This document shows positions 10,810 through 22,793 of a DNA stretch of 64,000 nucleotides, one piece after another. Origin of the DNA: Mobula birostris (lineage: Eukaryota); contig NC_092383.1 in NCBI RefSeq assembly GCF_030028105.1, forward strand, positions 86,943,921 through 87,007,920, written 5' to 3'. Each line of letters starts with the position of its first letter. The first letter of the stretch is position 1. The notes beneath the pieces are model-generated. The model ran no database searches and had not been told where the DNA came from. It saw only the letters and a list, made by a program, of their open reading frames with translations. The position numbers were made by a program, and so were the translations under genes.

Positions 10810-13190
10810 AAAAGTAAATGAACGACTTCTCACTACATGTCCTGAGCACGGTCTTATCATCATGAATACTCTCCTCCACCAGAAAAACAAATTCAAGGCA
10901 TCCTTTGTCATTGTCTGATCTCAGGATTGCCTTCATGTGTAAATATCACACAGGCCATTATTGGCAAAGATGACTGCTGGACAGATTGTTGGCTGATCCC
11001 TCCACCATGTCATCGAGTCATAGAAAAGTTCCGCACACAAACAGGCCCTTCGGTCCATCTAGTCTATGCCAAGACATTTAAGTTGCCTATTCCCATTTAC
11101 TTACACTGGCAACATAGCCCTCCATATTCTTACCATCCACGTACCTATCGAAACTTCTCTTAAATGTTGAAATTGAGTTAACGTGCACCACTTACGCTGC
11201 AGCTCATTCCACACTTCCACAACCATCTGACTGAACAGGTTTTCTTTTCCCTCTTTTTCCCCTTAACCTTTTTACCATTAACCCATAACCTATGATTTCT
11301 AGTTGTAGTCCCTCCCAACCTCAGTGGAAAAAGCCTGTTTGCATATACCCTATCTTTACCCTCATAATCTTGTATACATCTATAAATCTGTCAATCTTCT
11401 CCATTCCAAGGAAAAAAATCTGAACCTATTCAATCTTTCCATATTGCTCAGGACCTCTAGATCCAGCAACATCCATGTCAATTTTCTCCGTACTCTTTCA
11501 AATTTATTTACATCTTTTCAGGAGGTAGGTGACCAAAGATGCACACAAGAATCCAGATTATACCTTACCAATATCTGAAACAACTCCAGCATAACACTCC
11601 ACCCATCTCCTGTACTCAACAGTTTGTTTTTTTTTTTGGTTTATGAAGGCCAAAGTGCTAAAAGCTTTCTTATGACCCTAGCAACTTTTGATGCCACCTT
11701 CGATGAATTATGGACCTGTATTCCCAGATCCTTTGGTTCTAACATAATTCCTCATTGCCCTACTGTTCACTGTGCAGGACCTACCCTGGCTGGTCCTTCT
11801 GAAGTGCAAAACCTCGCACTTGCCTGCATTAAATCCCATCTGCCATTTTTCAGCCCATCTATCCAGTAGATACAAATCTCTCATTGTCCCAATCTTGGTG
11901 TCATCTGTAAATTTGCTGATGCCGTTAATCACATTATCATCCAGATCACTGATATAGATGACAAACAGCAAAGGACCCAGTACCAATCCCTGTGGCACAG
12001 CACATGTCACAGGCCTCCAGTCAGAGAGGCAGACATCTACTACCACTCTCAGGCTTCCGCTACAAAGCCAATGTATCATCCAGTTAACTACCTCATCCTG
12101 AATGCCAAGATCATTGGCCAAGATCTGCCACAGTGAATCCCAATCATGTATAGAATGGACAACAGACTTTTCAACCTCAACCAGTTCAAGACCAAGAACA
12201 AGGTCATCATAAAGCTTCTGTATGCGGATGACAACACCATCACAACACACTCTGAAGAAGACTTCCAATGTATCCTGAATGCCTTTGCCAAGGCATCTAG
12301 TGCCCTAAGTCTTGATTTGAATATAAAAATACACAGATCTTATATCAGCCACCACCTAGCCAGCCATTATTCCACCCTCCATAAACATTGATGATATCAC
12401 CCTTGAAAATATAGATCACCTTCCCTACCTTGGCAGCACTTTCTCCAGAAAAGCAGACATTGACTCAGAGATCAACCACTGCCGGAACAGTGCTAGAGGA
12501 GCATATGAAAGGTTATGGAAAAGGGACTTAGAAAAATCTAAAGGTCTAAACAAAACTGTTGTTCTATAGAGTATTCACCCTTCCTACATTACTGTATGGA
12601 GCTGAATCATGGACCATCAACAGTAGACACCTGAAAGCTCTGGGACAATACCACAAAAGAACCTTATGACAGGTTTTGAGGATCAGCTGGAAGAACAGAC
12701 ACACTAACACCAGTGTACGAGAAGAGTCCAACATGAACAGCATCTCCACTACAATAAGGTAACACCAACCAGATAGATAGGTCATGTTATTCGGATGCCT
12801 AACTCACGTCTCCCCAAACAGATCCTTTACTTCCAGTTGAAGGAAGGTCAACTTCAAAGATAATATTGAAATCGGCCTGAAGAAATTCAAGATTACATCT
12901 AAAAAATGGGAAGATGTTGCATTCAATGGAAGCACTAGGAGAAACCTGTTTAAGACAGAGATGCATTATATGGGAGCAGCCTCTGTGGTGCTGCAGAGAA
13001 CAAGCTGCAGCTGCAAAAGGAGGGAATGAACAACCACAAGACCCAGCAACTAACTATAGGAACCACTTAGTCTTGACCACGTGCACCAGAACATACGGTA
13101 TGCATCCCACATTGGCCTCTACATCCACCTGAGGACTCACAAACAGACAACCCCTTTGGAGAACACCTTACTCGACTCGATTGATCACAC
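10810..13190 (+). mobile_element. Old RTE-clade LINE remnant (endonuclease piece 10810-10985, RT/C-terminus 12125-13190), interrupted by a CR1
   Basis: Translations VNITQAIIGKDDCWTD, YRMDNRLFNLNQFKTK..KLLYADD, and C-terminal ..HIGLYIHLRTH. The 5' piece is also present in the duplicate near 24490-24660. Confidence 0.8.
10990..12125 (-). mobile_element. CR1 LINE 3' fragment nested in the RTE
   Basis: ORF 11708-12268 contains VPQGLVLGPLLFVIYISDLDD..ISKFTDDTK..WAEKWQMGFNAGKCEVLHF. Confidence 0.9.
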
Positions 13191-14769
13191 CACTAAAACG
13201 TGTGAGTTGTATCCTGTTGTGAATTGCAAAGGTCAAGTCACAGGAGGTGAATCTGCAAATCAGAGGAAATACTTTTCTCAACGCTGACCTGTAACTGGAA
13301 CTCGAATACACAATAGAGTGGAGTACAGTACAGCAGAGAAATGAGCCTTTCATCCCAACTCTACCATGCTGAGAGAGATGTGGATTTAAGCTAGACACAT
13401 TCACCTACATTTGGCCCATATTCCACTAAACCTTCCCTATCCAGAGAGCTGTCCACTGTCGTTTAAATGCTGCTATTCTGCCTTCCTTAACCACAGCATG
13501 TCCTACAAATGTACAATCTTCTAATGAAGAGGTTTCCCCTTTTAAATATTTCTCATTCTCCCTAAACATATGCCATTTAGATTTTTAACAATCTCGGATG
13601 GATACACAGAATGTTTTCTCTCATGGGAAGCATGAGAAGAGAATTTTTAAAAATCTAGATATTTACAAAATTCTCATGATTGCATTATGGTAGTTGGAGA
13701 TATTGTCCTGATGAGAACTGGATCAAGAACATCAGGATACTTCTTCCTGCAGTCAATCATCAGTTTTTTGGTTTTGCTAATGTTCAGTGAGAGATAGTTG
13801 TTGTGACAGCATTCAGGCAGATCTTCCATCTCCTCCAATATGCTGATTATCTACACACAAATGCTGGAGGAACTTAGTTGATCAGGCAGCATCTATGGAA
13901 AGGAATAAACAGTTCGCTATTTCAGGCCCAGATCCTTGATTGAATCCAGTTTCAGGTCAGGGACCCTCCTCAGATCTGGATTAAATGTGTAAGAGTGTCA
14001 GTTGAGAAAACAGATCTGCTCTGAGGAATGATGTGTAGGATGAAAGACTATGCTGTTCATTCCCAGGTTATGAACATCTGACTTATGGACACTTCGACAT
14101 ATGAACCAGCTTTTGTAATGGTACTTAGTTCAAAAGTCCATTGTATGTTCATATGTTTACACATGACATAAAGATTGTCGATGTTGTGGATGGTATAGAC
14201 GAGTGTATTTGCATCATTTGCTTTCCTTTGCAGATTGGTAATTTGTCCGTCTTTGTGTGTAGTTTTGATTGATCCTATTGTATTTCATTGTTCTACTGTG
14301 ACTGCCTGTACGAAAATGAATCTCAGGGTGACACATACGTGCAGTACTTTGATAATAAATTTGCTATGAAGTTTTTCAACTTTGATAAGGTGCATAATTA
14401 CTGACGTCCCGTAACACATTTTGTAGAAATGGAATGAGAAAGATACACATGCATGAACATTTCCAGTCACTGTACAAAGGTCTTAAAGGACAACAGGCAA
14501 TGGAAATAAAAGTTGGCTGCTGAATAAAATGAGTGAACTGCAAATTATAGCAGCTTGCATTGGTCATCAGGGTGTGAATCTGCAAATAGAAGGAGTAACT
14601 TTTCTCAGTACTGATCTGTGACTGTGACCCATGAATGTACAATTAAGGGTCTTGAAAATGAGAGAAGCTGAACTGCATTATAATCAGGATAGTATTTGGT
14701 GACATATATGCACTTTGATAATAAATTTAATTTGAATTTTAATCTTTGAAACGTCCTACTCAGGAGGAA

Positions 14770-17700
14770 GAATATCACATGTTACCCTTCACCTGCTTTG
14801 TGAGGACGTGAAGCAATAACACCAGAGTCTGTTTGGAGCTCATTACATCTTCAGCTCAGGGTTATCTGATGGATGTTGGTGAGCCAGAGATAATTCCAGA
14901 TGCAGTGGTCCCACTTGTGAATCTGGACCTGTTAAACCTGAGTCCATTCAGCCCATTGAGTCTGTTCCTCATTCTATTATGGCTGATTTATTATCCCCCA
15001 CAATCCTATTCTCCCCATAACCTTTGACACCCTTACTAATCAAAAATCTATCAAACTCCACTTCAAGTATACTCAATGATGGCCTCCACAGCCATCTGTG
15101 ACAGTGAATTCCACAGAATTGGCACCCTCTGGTCAGCAAGTCACCCACCATAGGAAACATCCTCTCCACATACAGTCCATCTCGGACTTTGGCCCTTCAC
15201 AATTCAAGAGGTTTCAATGCAAACACCACCCTCCCACCCCCCAACACCAGCCATTCTTCTGAACTCCAGCAAGTACAGACTCACAGCGATCAAACACTCC
15301 TCATACGTTAACCCTTTCATTTCTGGGATCATTCTTTGGCACCTCCTCTGGATCTTCTCCAATTACAGCACATACATTCAAAGATAAGGTGCCCAAAACT
15401 GTTTATCATATTCCATGTGCAGCCTGACCAATATTTTATAAAGCTGCAGTTGTTGGATAACTTCACAACAACAGAATAGAAAATGTTTTACAATCCCACT
15501 GTTGTATTGACAGATGTGCACACGATTGGAATTAGGTTTAAACACAGTGCTTAAGTGATGTCTTCACATTTCTACAACAAACTGTTATTGTTGTTCACTG
15601 ATATAGCTGCCGAACAAAAATGCTTTGCTGAAGATGTTTTGTACTTCTGAATTTATTTTCATCAGCATGTGGAACCATGGTTGTTGAGAAGTTTTCCAAG
15701 AGGTGATAGGCAATGCAGGAAGAGACCAGAACAATCTGTATATATATAGCATCCATTGCTACTTCTCTATATTCTGTTTGGTAGGAGAAGTAAAGAAGGC
15801 AGAAGTTCTAACCACATCCATTACTGAGGGTGAACATTACACAGATGACAACAGTGACTGCCACAATAGAGACAGCACTCATACTATACAATGAATTTAA
15901 GCAGGTATACATTCAAAGCTAATATACTGCACTGTTTTCTCCTAAAACAAATGTAGCAAACCCAAAGTAACAAAAGCTCTCCATGTATTCTGAATGATTT
16001 TGTCATTGATCAGTTTATATACTATGTGAAATTAAGTGTTTATACACAATTGTAAAGTCAGCAACAAAAGTTAAGGAAAATATAAACTTAGATCACCTCA
16101 ACCCCCCTCACTACTATGAAATCAAAAGCAACACAAAAAAATGTTGGAGCAACTTAGCAGGTCAGGCAGCATCTATGGAAATGTATAGATAGTCGAGGTT
16201 TCAGGCCGGCCTGTTACATCCCCCGGGATGCCTCCTCCTTCCCTTTCCCCAACGTCCACTCTACTCTCCTCTTAGATTCCTTCTCCAGCACTTTATCTTT
16301 CCCACCGATCTTGTTTCACCTGTCACCTTCCAGACAGCCTCCTTCCCCTCCCCTTCTTTTTATTCAGACGTATTCCCCCTTCCTTCTCAGTCCTGAAGAA
16401 GGGTCTTGGTCCAAAATGTCAACTATCTGTTCATTTCCACAGATGCTGTCTGACCTGTTGAGTTCCTCCAGCATTTTCTGACAGCACTTTGGATTTCCAG
16501 CGTCTGCCAATTTTCTCGTGCGTACAATGAAATCAAAGTTGAACAATTAATATTTTTTAGTTAAACTTCAAGATGGCACTGATAAGTGAAGATTCTGTGA
16601 ACAGCTCAAATGGGAATCATAGAATATGCCCGCTTTGGGCTGCTACAGTATCCCAGTGATATTGAAACTAATTCTGATTCTGTGTAAGTTCTCCAATATG
16701 TGTGACATGTGAGAATTGTTATCCCTTGTACTGAAACTCACCGCAGACTTCATCTGCCCCAGGCATGAATCTGGATGGATCACACTTTGACTAACGTTGA
16801 AAGTTCCAACCTGGTGAACAGGGATGTTGGGAAATTAGCAGCTGAGAATCTGAGCAAAGATTTACAGGGTCGAGGGTCAAGCAGACCATGGGGGTGAAAT
16901 AGTTAAGAGAGAAATGCCTTCTCTTTGGACAAATGTGACCTGTCCATTTACTGTGCCCTTTGATTCTATGAGAAATAGAACATCCAGGGCCTTTCTACTC
17001 ACACTCACCATTTTCTGTCAACATGGAGCTGATTTGGTTTAAGAACAGATCTGACATCGAGTTTACCCATTGCGAATGAGTAGCTCCGTTCAGGAAGTTT
17101 TCCACTAACATCAAACCAAAGCAAAGTGACATCCCATCAGAGGTCTTGAAATTGCACTGACAGATGGAATAGAATTCAGAAAAGGTGAGCTTTAAAGGTT
17201 CCTTCAAAGAGCGGACACTGCTTTCAGAGAGGAGAGGGAATGAAGTGAAGTACTGTACGCTGAGTTTGCATGAAAAGCCCCTTCTACATCACACCTATTT
17301 CTTATTTTGCTCCTTTCTCAGTAGCAAGTTCCCCAAAACACGTTTGATTGAATTATCACCAAGGCAGATCCAGAACAATGTACAAATCTTGGAGTGTAAT
17401 TCCATATCTCCCCAAAATTTGGAACAAAGTGAGATGGTAAAATACGTGGTGAAGAGACCTTATGGGATTGGGCCAGGATTGAACATTCAAAAATTCATGT
17501 TACAAACGTATAAAAATATGGTTAGGACACACTTGGGGAAGGTGTAGTTGTGTCTGTGGGAGCCACAGAACACTGGATATTTGCATAATCAAAGGTACAA
17601 CTTAATGTCAGAGAAAAGTATACAATATACGTCCTGAAATGCTTTTTCTTTGCAACCATCCACGAAGACAGAGGAGTGCCCCAAAGAATGACAGGCAGTT

Positions 17701-19470
17701 AAATGTTAGAACCCCAAAGTCTCCCCCTGCTCCCCCCTCCTGCCCATAAGCAGCAGGGAGCAACAATCCCCCCTCCGCCCCAGCAAAAAAAAGCATCAGC
17801 ATCGCCACCAAGCACTCAAGTGTGAACAAAGCGATAGCATAGACACAGACTTGCAGTTACCCCAAAGACTTGGTATTCAACACACCACAGGTTCCCTCTC
17901 TTCCTAATAAGGGAGAAAGAGATGTCTCCATTTTCCCAGCGAGCGGGGAGACGAAACAAGCAACTCATTGGTTTATGATGTTAAAAGTCCTTTACATCAC
18001 TTTTATCGAGCTCTGTGCCTGAAGATCACAAAGACCCTGGATCTCCAGGCACACAGCAGATATCCCGACTCCCCCGACGACACATGGGACTCCTGTCATG
18101 ACACTGACCCTCAATCTGCCTGTCTCCAGAGCCCCGAGATTCTAGGCTTCTGAATTCGAGCTGGATTCTTAGGCCAAGCCTTTGGTGTGCTGAACAATGG
18201 TCAGTTATGGAACCCCGAGAGTGGGTCCCATTCCCACAAAGAACCAAAGTCAGTGTATAACTCCAGGTCAGGGTTTTCAAAAGAACCCTGAAAGGGAAAA
18301 ATAGAGATATTAAAATGGAAATAGAGCTGTTTCAGAAGATGCAAGCAAAGGAGTCGCTGTTAGGCGCCATTAACCCTCCTAAGCGCCGCCTTCTAAGACC
18401 CCAAAATAAATGTGGGTTTTGGGGGTCTCACATCATTTTTAGAACAGCATTTGAATATATGTAGACACTAAAGGTTTTGAAATCTGGAGTTCTGAGAAAA
18501 CACTTGGAGGACAACAGTGAGCGAAGCAGCATTTGTCAGGGTGACAGAAATTGCTGATGGTTTGGTTGAAGACCCTGCATTCAGTATGAGTGGAGAGGGA
18601 GATAGAGTAAATAGGAAGAGGGGGATGGGTCCACTAGGTGGTTGGGGACTGAGGAGGGGTGAATAATGAAGTGGAATGGGGAGGAAAAGGGGTGGAGTTT
18701 GGAGGTGAGTAAGAAGTGAAAGCACATAAGGAGAATAGTGTGGAGCCAGGTGGGGGGAGAATATGTCCAGGTGGAGAAAATTCCTGGAGGCTGTTAAGCA
18801 GAAACACCAGGTCTACCATTGTTGGAATCCGATCTTACTCTGCAGGGATCACTATGACAATTGATGCTATTATCTTGAAATCAATGTCTTTCCTGAGCCA
18901 TTCCAGTAGGGCAACTGGCAAAAAACATACCTAGATCTGGAGTCAAAAATAAACCAGGGTGGGAAGGGATGAGAGATTTCTGTCCCTCAAGGCCTTTCCA
19001 ATCCAGATGGGATTTTGACCATCTAGTAGTTAATCATTATTATGATTGATATGTGTTTTTTTTCAATTCCTGAAATAATTTCAATGCTTAATGTATCCCT
19101 ACAGAAATTAAATCACACCTGGATTTCTGGACACTAAAATGGTGTCCACTGTTGCAGCATCTTCTAACTACACATAGAAATACTTTACAGGTAAAATACT
19201 TTATAATTTCCATCAGAACCAGAGGGCACAGTTTGAGACATCATGTGGGGTTTCTTTCTGCAGCTAATAAACTGCATCTTTCTGTACATTTGAAAGTTCG
19301 ACATGATTCGAGATAATTGAAAGTTCAACACTGCTGCTCTCCCTCAGTACTGCACTGGAAGGTCAGCCCTGGGTTTCTGCTCAGGACTCTGGAGTGGGAA
19401 GTGATTCCACAATGTACTGACACAGGGGATAGAGCACTGACACAGCTGACACAGTAACAGCACTGACAAG
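14770..19470 (+). repeat. Segmental duplicate of 38110-42690 (5' flank of a receptor gene unit)
   Basis: Collinear blocks: 14770-14945 vs 38110-38270; 15670-16130 vs 38585-39050; 16690-17500 vs 39220-39595 plus 40802-41410; 18410-18620 vs 42365-42570; 19365-19470 vs 42590-42690. The copies differ by copy-specific TE insertions. Confidence 0.85.
16127..16526. mobile_element. Penelope-derived short element, specific to this duplicate copy
   Basis: TSD atgaaatcaaa (16116-16126 and 16527-16537). Absent at the paralogous site near 39040. Confidence 0.75.
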
Positions 19471-20244
19471 ACATCCCTCTATCCTGAGGCTGCAAGCCCT
19501 GGTCCTGGACAGTCACCAGAGGAAACTTCTTCTCTTCATCCACTCTCTCTAGGTCTATCCAGTATTTGGATAGGTTCAATGAGATCCGGCCTCATTCCTC
19601 TAATCTCCAGCAAGTACACGCTTAGATCCATCAGATGGCTCCTCATACATGAAACCTTTCAATTACTGGAATAATTCTAGTGAACGTTCTTTGGTTTCTC
19701 TCCAATGCCAGCACATACTTTCTTTCAAGGCCCCAAAACTGTTCACAATACTAGTGCAGTCTGAAAAATACCTCATAAAGCCTCAGTAAGTCAATCTGCT
19801 TCTGGGAGAAGAGAAACCCAACAAACAGAAGTGCTAAACTTAGAAGCTTCCTGAGATGAATCATTACGGTACAAGGAGAGAGAAGAAAAACCGTCATGAT
19901 TTGCCAGAGACACTCTGTATTTAAAGGTCATATATGGCAGCAATAAATTTTACTGTGACTTAAATGTAATCAGTAACCAGCAGATTTCCTGCTGCTGTGA
20001 GTTCTCAGCCCGCCCAGACAGCCCGCTGTTTCCCCTTTGAGATTTGGAGATCAGTTTCCATTGTGAGGTAGGTTTGAGCTCATCATCATGACCGGATACA
20101 CGCAGAGCAATGCAGAGCTCTCCCCGGTAATGCAGAGCAGCTGCACCAAGGGAGCATCGGTACCATAGTTTTTCCATTATCACTCAGTACCCACACTGAA
20201 CAGTGAGAACGTTAACATGCCAGAACAAGAATGTGAGCTGAAAC

Positions 20245-20815
20245 ATGGGAAAACATCCGTGATAATGCAAAGATTTCAGTTTGTAATAGAACTAAAGCAC
20301 TGCAACTCAAAATTCTGCATAGAGCCCATCTGACTCCAGATCGTCTCTCAAAATTTAAGATGGGGGTTTCTCCAATGTGTTCTGAATGTAAAGTAAATAC
20401 TGGAACTTTCACCCACTGTTTTTGGACTTGTCCCAAGCTTCAGGCATACTGGACTGATATTTTGGGTGAAATGGAAAAGATTCTGAAGATGGAGCTTGAA
20501 CTGAACCCAGTGACCCTGGACTTCTTGGTTGGCATAGATTAATCATGGAATACATTCCTTTGGACTTTTTGAAATGTATGGTACACTCAAAAACAAATAG
20601 TTTTCATAAAACATGGCAACATTTTCAGAGGTATATAGATGTAATCCTGTTTGCTATACTAACAAGGGCTTTTGTATAGGATGTTGTGGTGATATCTATG
20701 TTTTGATGGAAGTGTTCTGATACCTGATGTCTGTGAGGGGAAGAAATGTAAATGTAAGTGTATCTGGAAATTGGAAGTTTTGTTATGCTGAGCAAAAAAA
20801 AATTTTTAAAAAGCA
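20245..20815 (+). mobile_element. L1/Tx1-clade LINE 3' fragment
   Basis: LQLKILHRAHLTPDRLSKFKMGVSPMCSECKVNTGTFTHCFWTCPKL (C-terminal CCHC of L1 ORF2), with an A-rich end near 20790-20810. Confidence 0.85.
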
Positions 20816-20857
20816 TGTGAAAATGTCTTCATTTGTTGAAAAACACACACATTACTT

Positions 20858-21633
20858 TGTTACTAACCCATAGGTTTCGTTTGCTGTGGACTGTCACTTT
20901 AAGAGAGTGCCTGAGTGAGGTGGGACTATGACGTCAGTTACAGACTGCTACGAACTTAAAACTCATAGACAGAGAGAGAGAGATAGAGAGAGACCTGGAG
21001 AGACTGGGGAAGCCGATAGCTTCAGCTTGTCATCGCTTGGGGCTTGGAACCTTCCTATGCCCACAAGGGTGGGTTGATCACGGTGCACAACGAATGTGTG
21101 ATGGTCACCTCGTATAATCCAAAGGAGTGGATTTTGTTTAGGATATCCTGTGGAGGGTTATGTGTTAACCCTTTCCTGGGTATGTGGTGTGGTAGTCACT
21201 TGAAGACGATATCCCTGTGACAAGTCACTTTCGGTGATAATTCATATGTGGATTTGGAATGATATGACAGATAAAATCTACGGTGACTGTTATCTCGTTC
21301 TTACCATCGTGGAACCCGTGGAATTCGACGTAATTGCCTTATCTCTACATTTACCCTGGATTACAAATACCTCTCTCCTATCATTTATTCCGTGGATGAG
21401 CTGATCTTTCCCTACTTTACTATCTCAAGACTCTAACCCTTGCTCCTCCTCCAAGCTCAACGTAGTTTGGGAGTTATATTTATACACATACATACACATA
21501 ACACTATTAACTTTTGTTTATCTTGGTTTAAATTACTATATTATAAGTAATTACTAATAAAGGTAATGGTTTTAACATCAAAACCAGACTCCATGTGTAG
21601 TCTAGTGCTGCTAAAACGTTACAGTTCGTAACA
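20858..21633 (+). mobile_element. Solo LTR (776 bp)
   Basis: Termini TGTTAC...GTAACA, 4-bp TSD actt (20854-20857 and 21634-21637), internal AATAAA near 21556, empty site at about 60675. Strand is inferred from the AATAAA. Confidence 0.88.
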
Positions 21634-22684
21634 ACTTAAATATTAGCTCATTTAAATCAAATAAAAATCTTTAATATAAACTATTTCCCACTGTACCTGG
21701 CAATAAATAATTTGCTGGTCAATCTCAGCAGGTCAGGCATTATCTGCAGAATGAGAAACGGTTAGCATTCTACATCACAGACTCTTCATCAGAATAAAAT
21801 CTCTGCTGACTTTCCTCCCAACAGCCCATTTCTATTCACACTGAGAAAGTGGAAGCTGGAGAAGACCGTTTGGCCCTTTGAACCTGGGGCACCACTCAAT
21901 GTAATCAGAGCTTATCTTCCATATTCAGTCTGTAGCTCCCACCTATCCTTCGATCTCCGATACTTAAGAAATACCTTCAGCTCCTCCCTGGATATACTTA
22001 ATAATTCCACTTCAACTGTTTTCTGAGGTGGAGAGATTGGTTCATTCACCAGTCTCTGGGTGAAGAAATTTCACCACAACTCAGTTTTGAACCTCTTACC
22101 CCATATCCTTAGACAGGGGAACATCTTTCACCAAATTCATTTTTCCAGTCCTTTGAGAAAGATGTTGCTTTTCATTCTTCTAGAACCTTCCATTGATCAC
22201 TCTGAAGTGGATAGTTTCGCGTTTGTCTACAGTATGCTGCATCTGCCATTCATTTGCTGTATCGGCCCAAATGACAGTCAAGATCCTCCTCATTGTACAT
22301 ATTCCTACCTGGCTTTGTGCCCTCTGCAAACTTGATATATTTAATCCCACTGGACTATGTTATTAATATACAATGAGACTAGTTGGGATTCTAGCACTGA
22401 ATACATCAGTTTTCCACTATGAGCTCCCTGCCAGTCAAAAGCAGAGCTGTTCATTCCTGCTATTTGAATTCTGTCTGCCGGACGGTTCTCTATCCATATC
22501 AGTCTTCTAACCCACCTGCTTTAATTTTACATGCTAATCTTTCATGTAGAACCTTATCAAAAGCCTTCTGGAAATCCAAGCACACAACGTCGATAGACTC
22601 GCCGTCAATATTCTGCCAGCTATAATCTCATCATGTTGCACAGAGCAGCTGCTGGAATTGAATTTTACCTCTTTATTGCTACAG

Positions 22685-22793
22685 AATCTAGACATAGCCG
22701 TGAAAATTCTGCAACAGAATCAACAAGGACTTCACATTCTGAAAATTCAGAAATAAGATTCAATGATACTGTAAGATCCAGTTCTATCGAAAG
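22685..22793 (+). pseudogene. Orphan stalk exon of paralog B (no V, TM or tail exon found in its unit)
   Basis: ESRHSRENSATESTRTSHSENSEIRFNDTVRSSSIE aligns with 5601-5760, and the flanking introns align (22220-23000 vs 5135-6430). The donor is gcacaa instead of gtacaa. Downstream DNA jumps to the 3' UTR homolog (23780-24660 vs 9900-10900). Confidence 0.82.

Larger units (their letters stand above)
19560..21790 (+). repeat. Segmental duplicate of 59560-60820
   Basis: 19780-19880 vs 59885-59990, 20020-20220 vs 60290-60480 and 21634-21790 vs 60675-60820 align. The L1 fragment and solo LTR occur only in this copy. Confidence 0.85.

Noticed and set aside
10807-10812. AATAAA conserved in A (10807) and B (24485) as the polyadenylation signal of gene A
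   Set aside because: It lies at the edge of a shared old RTE fragment, so conservation is explained by duplication. The true 3' end cannot be called from sequence alone.
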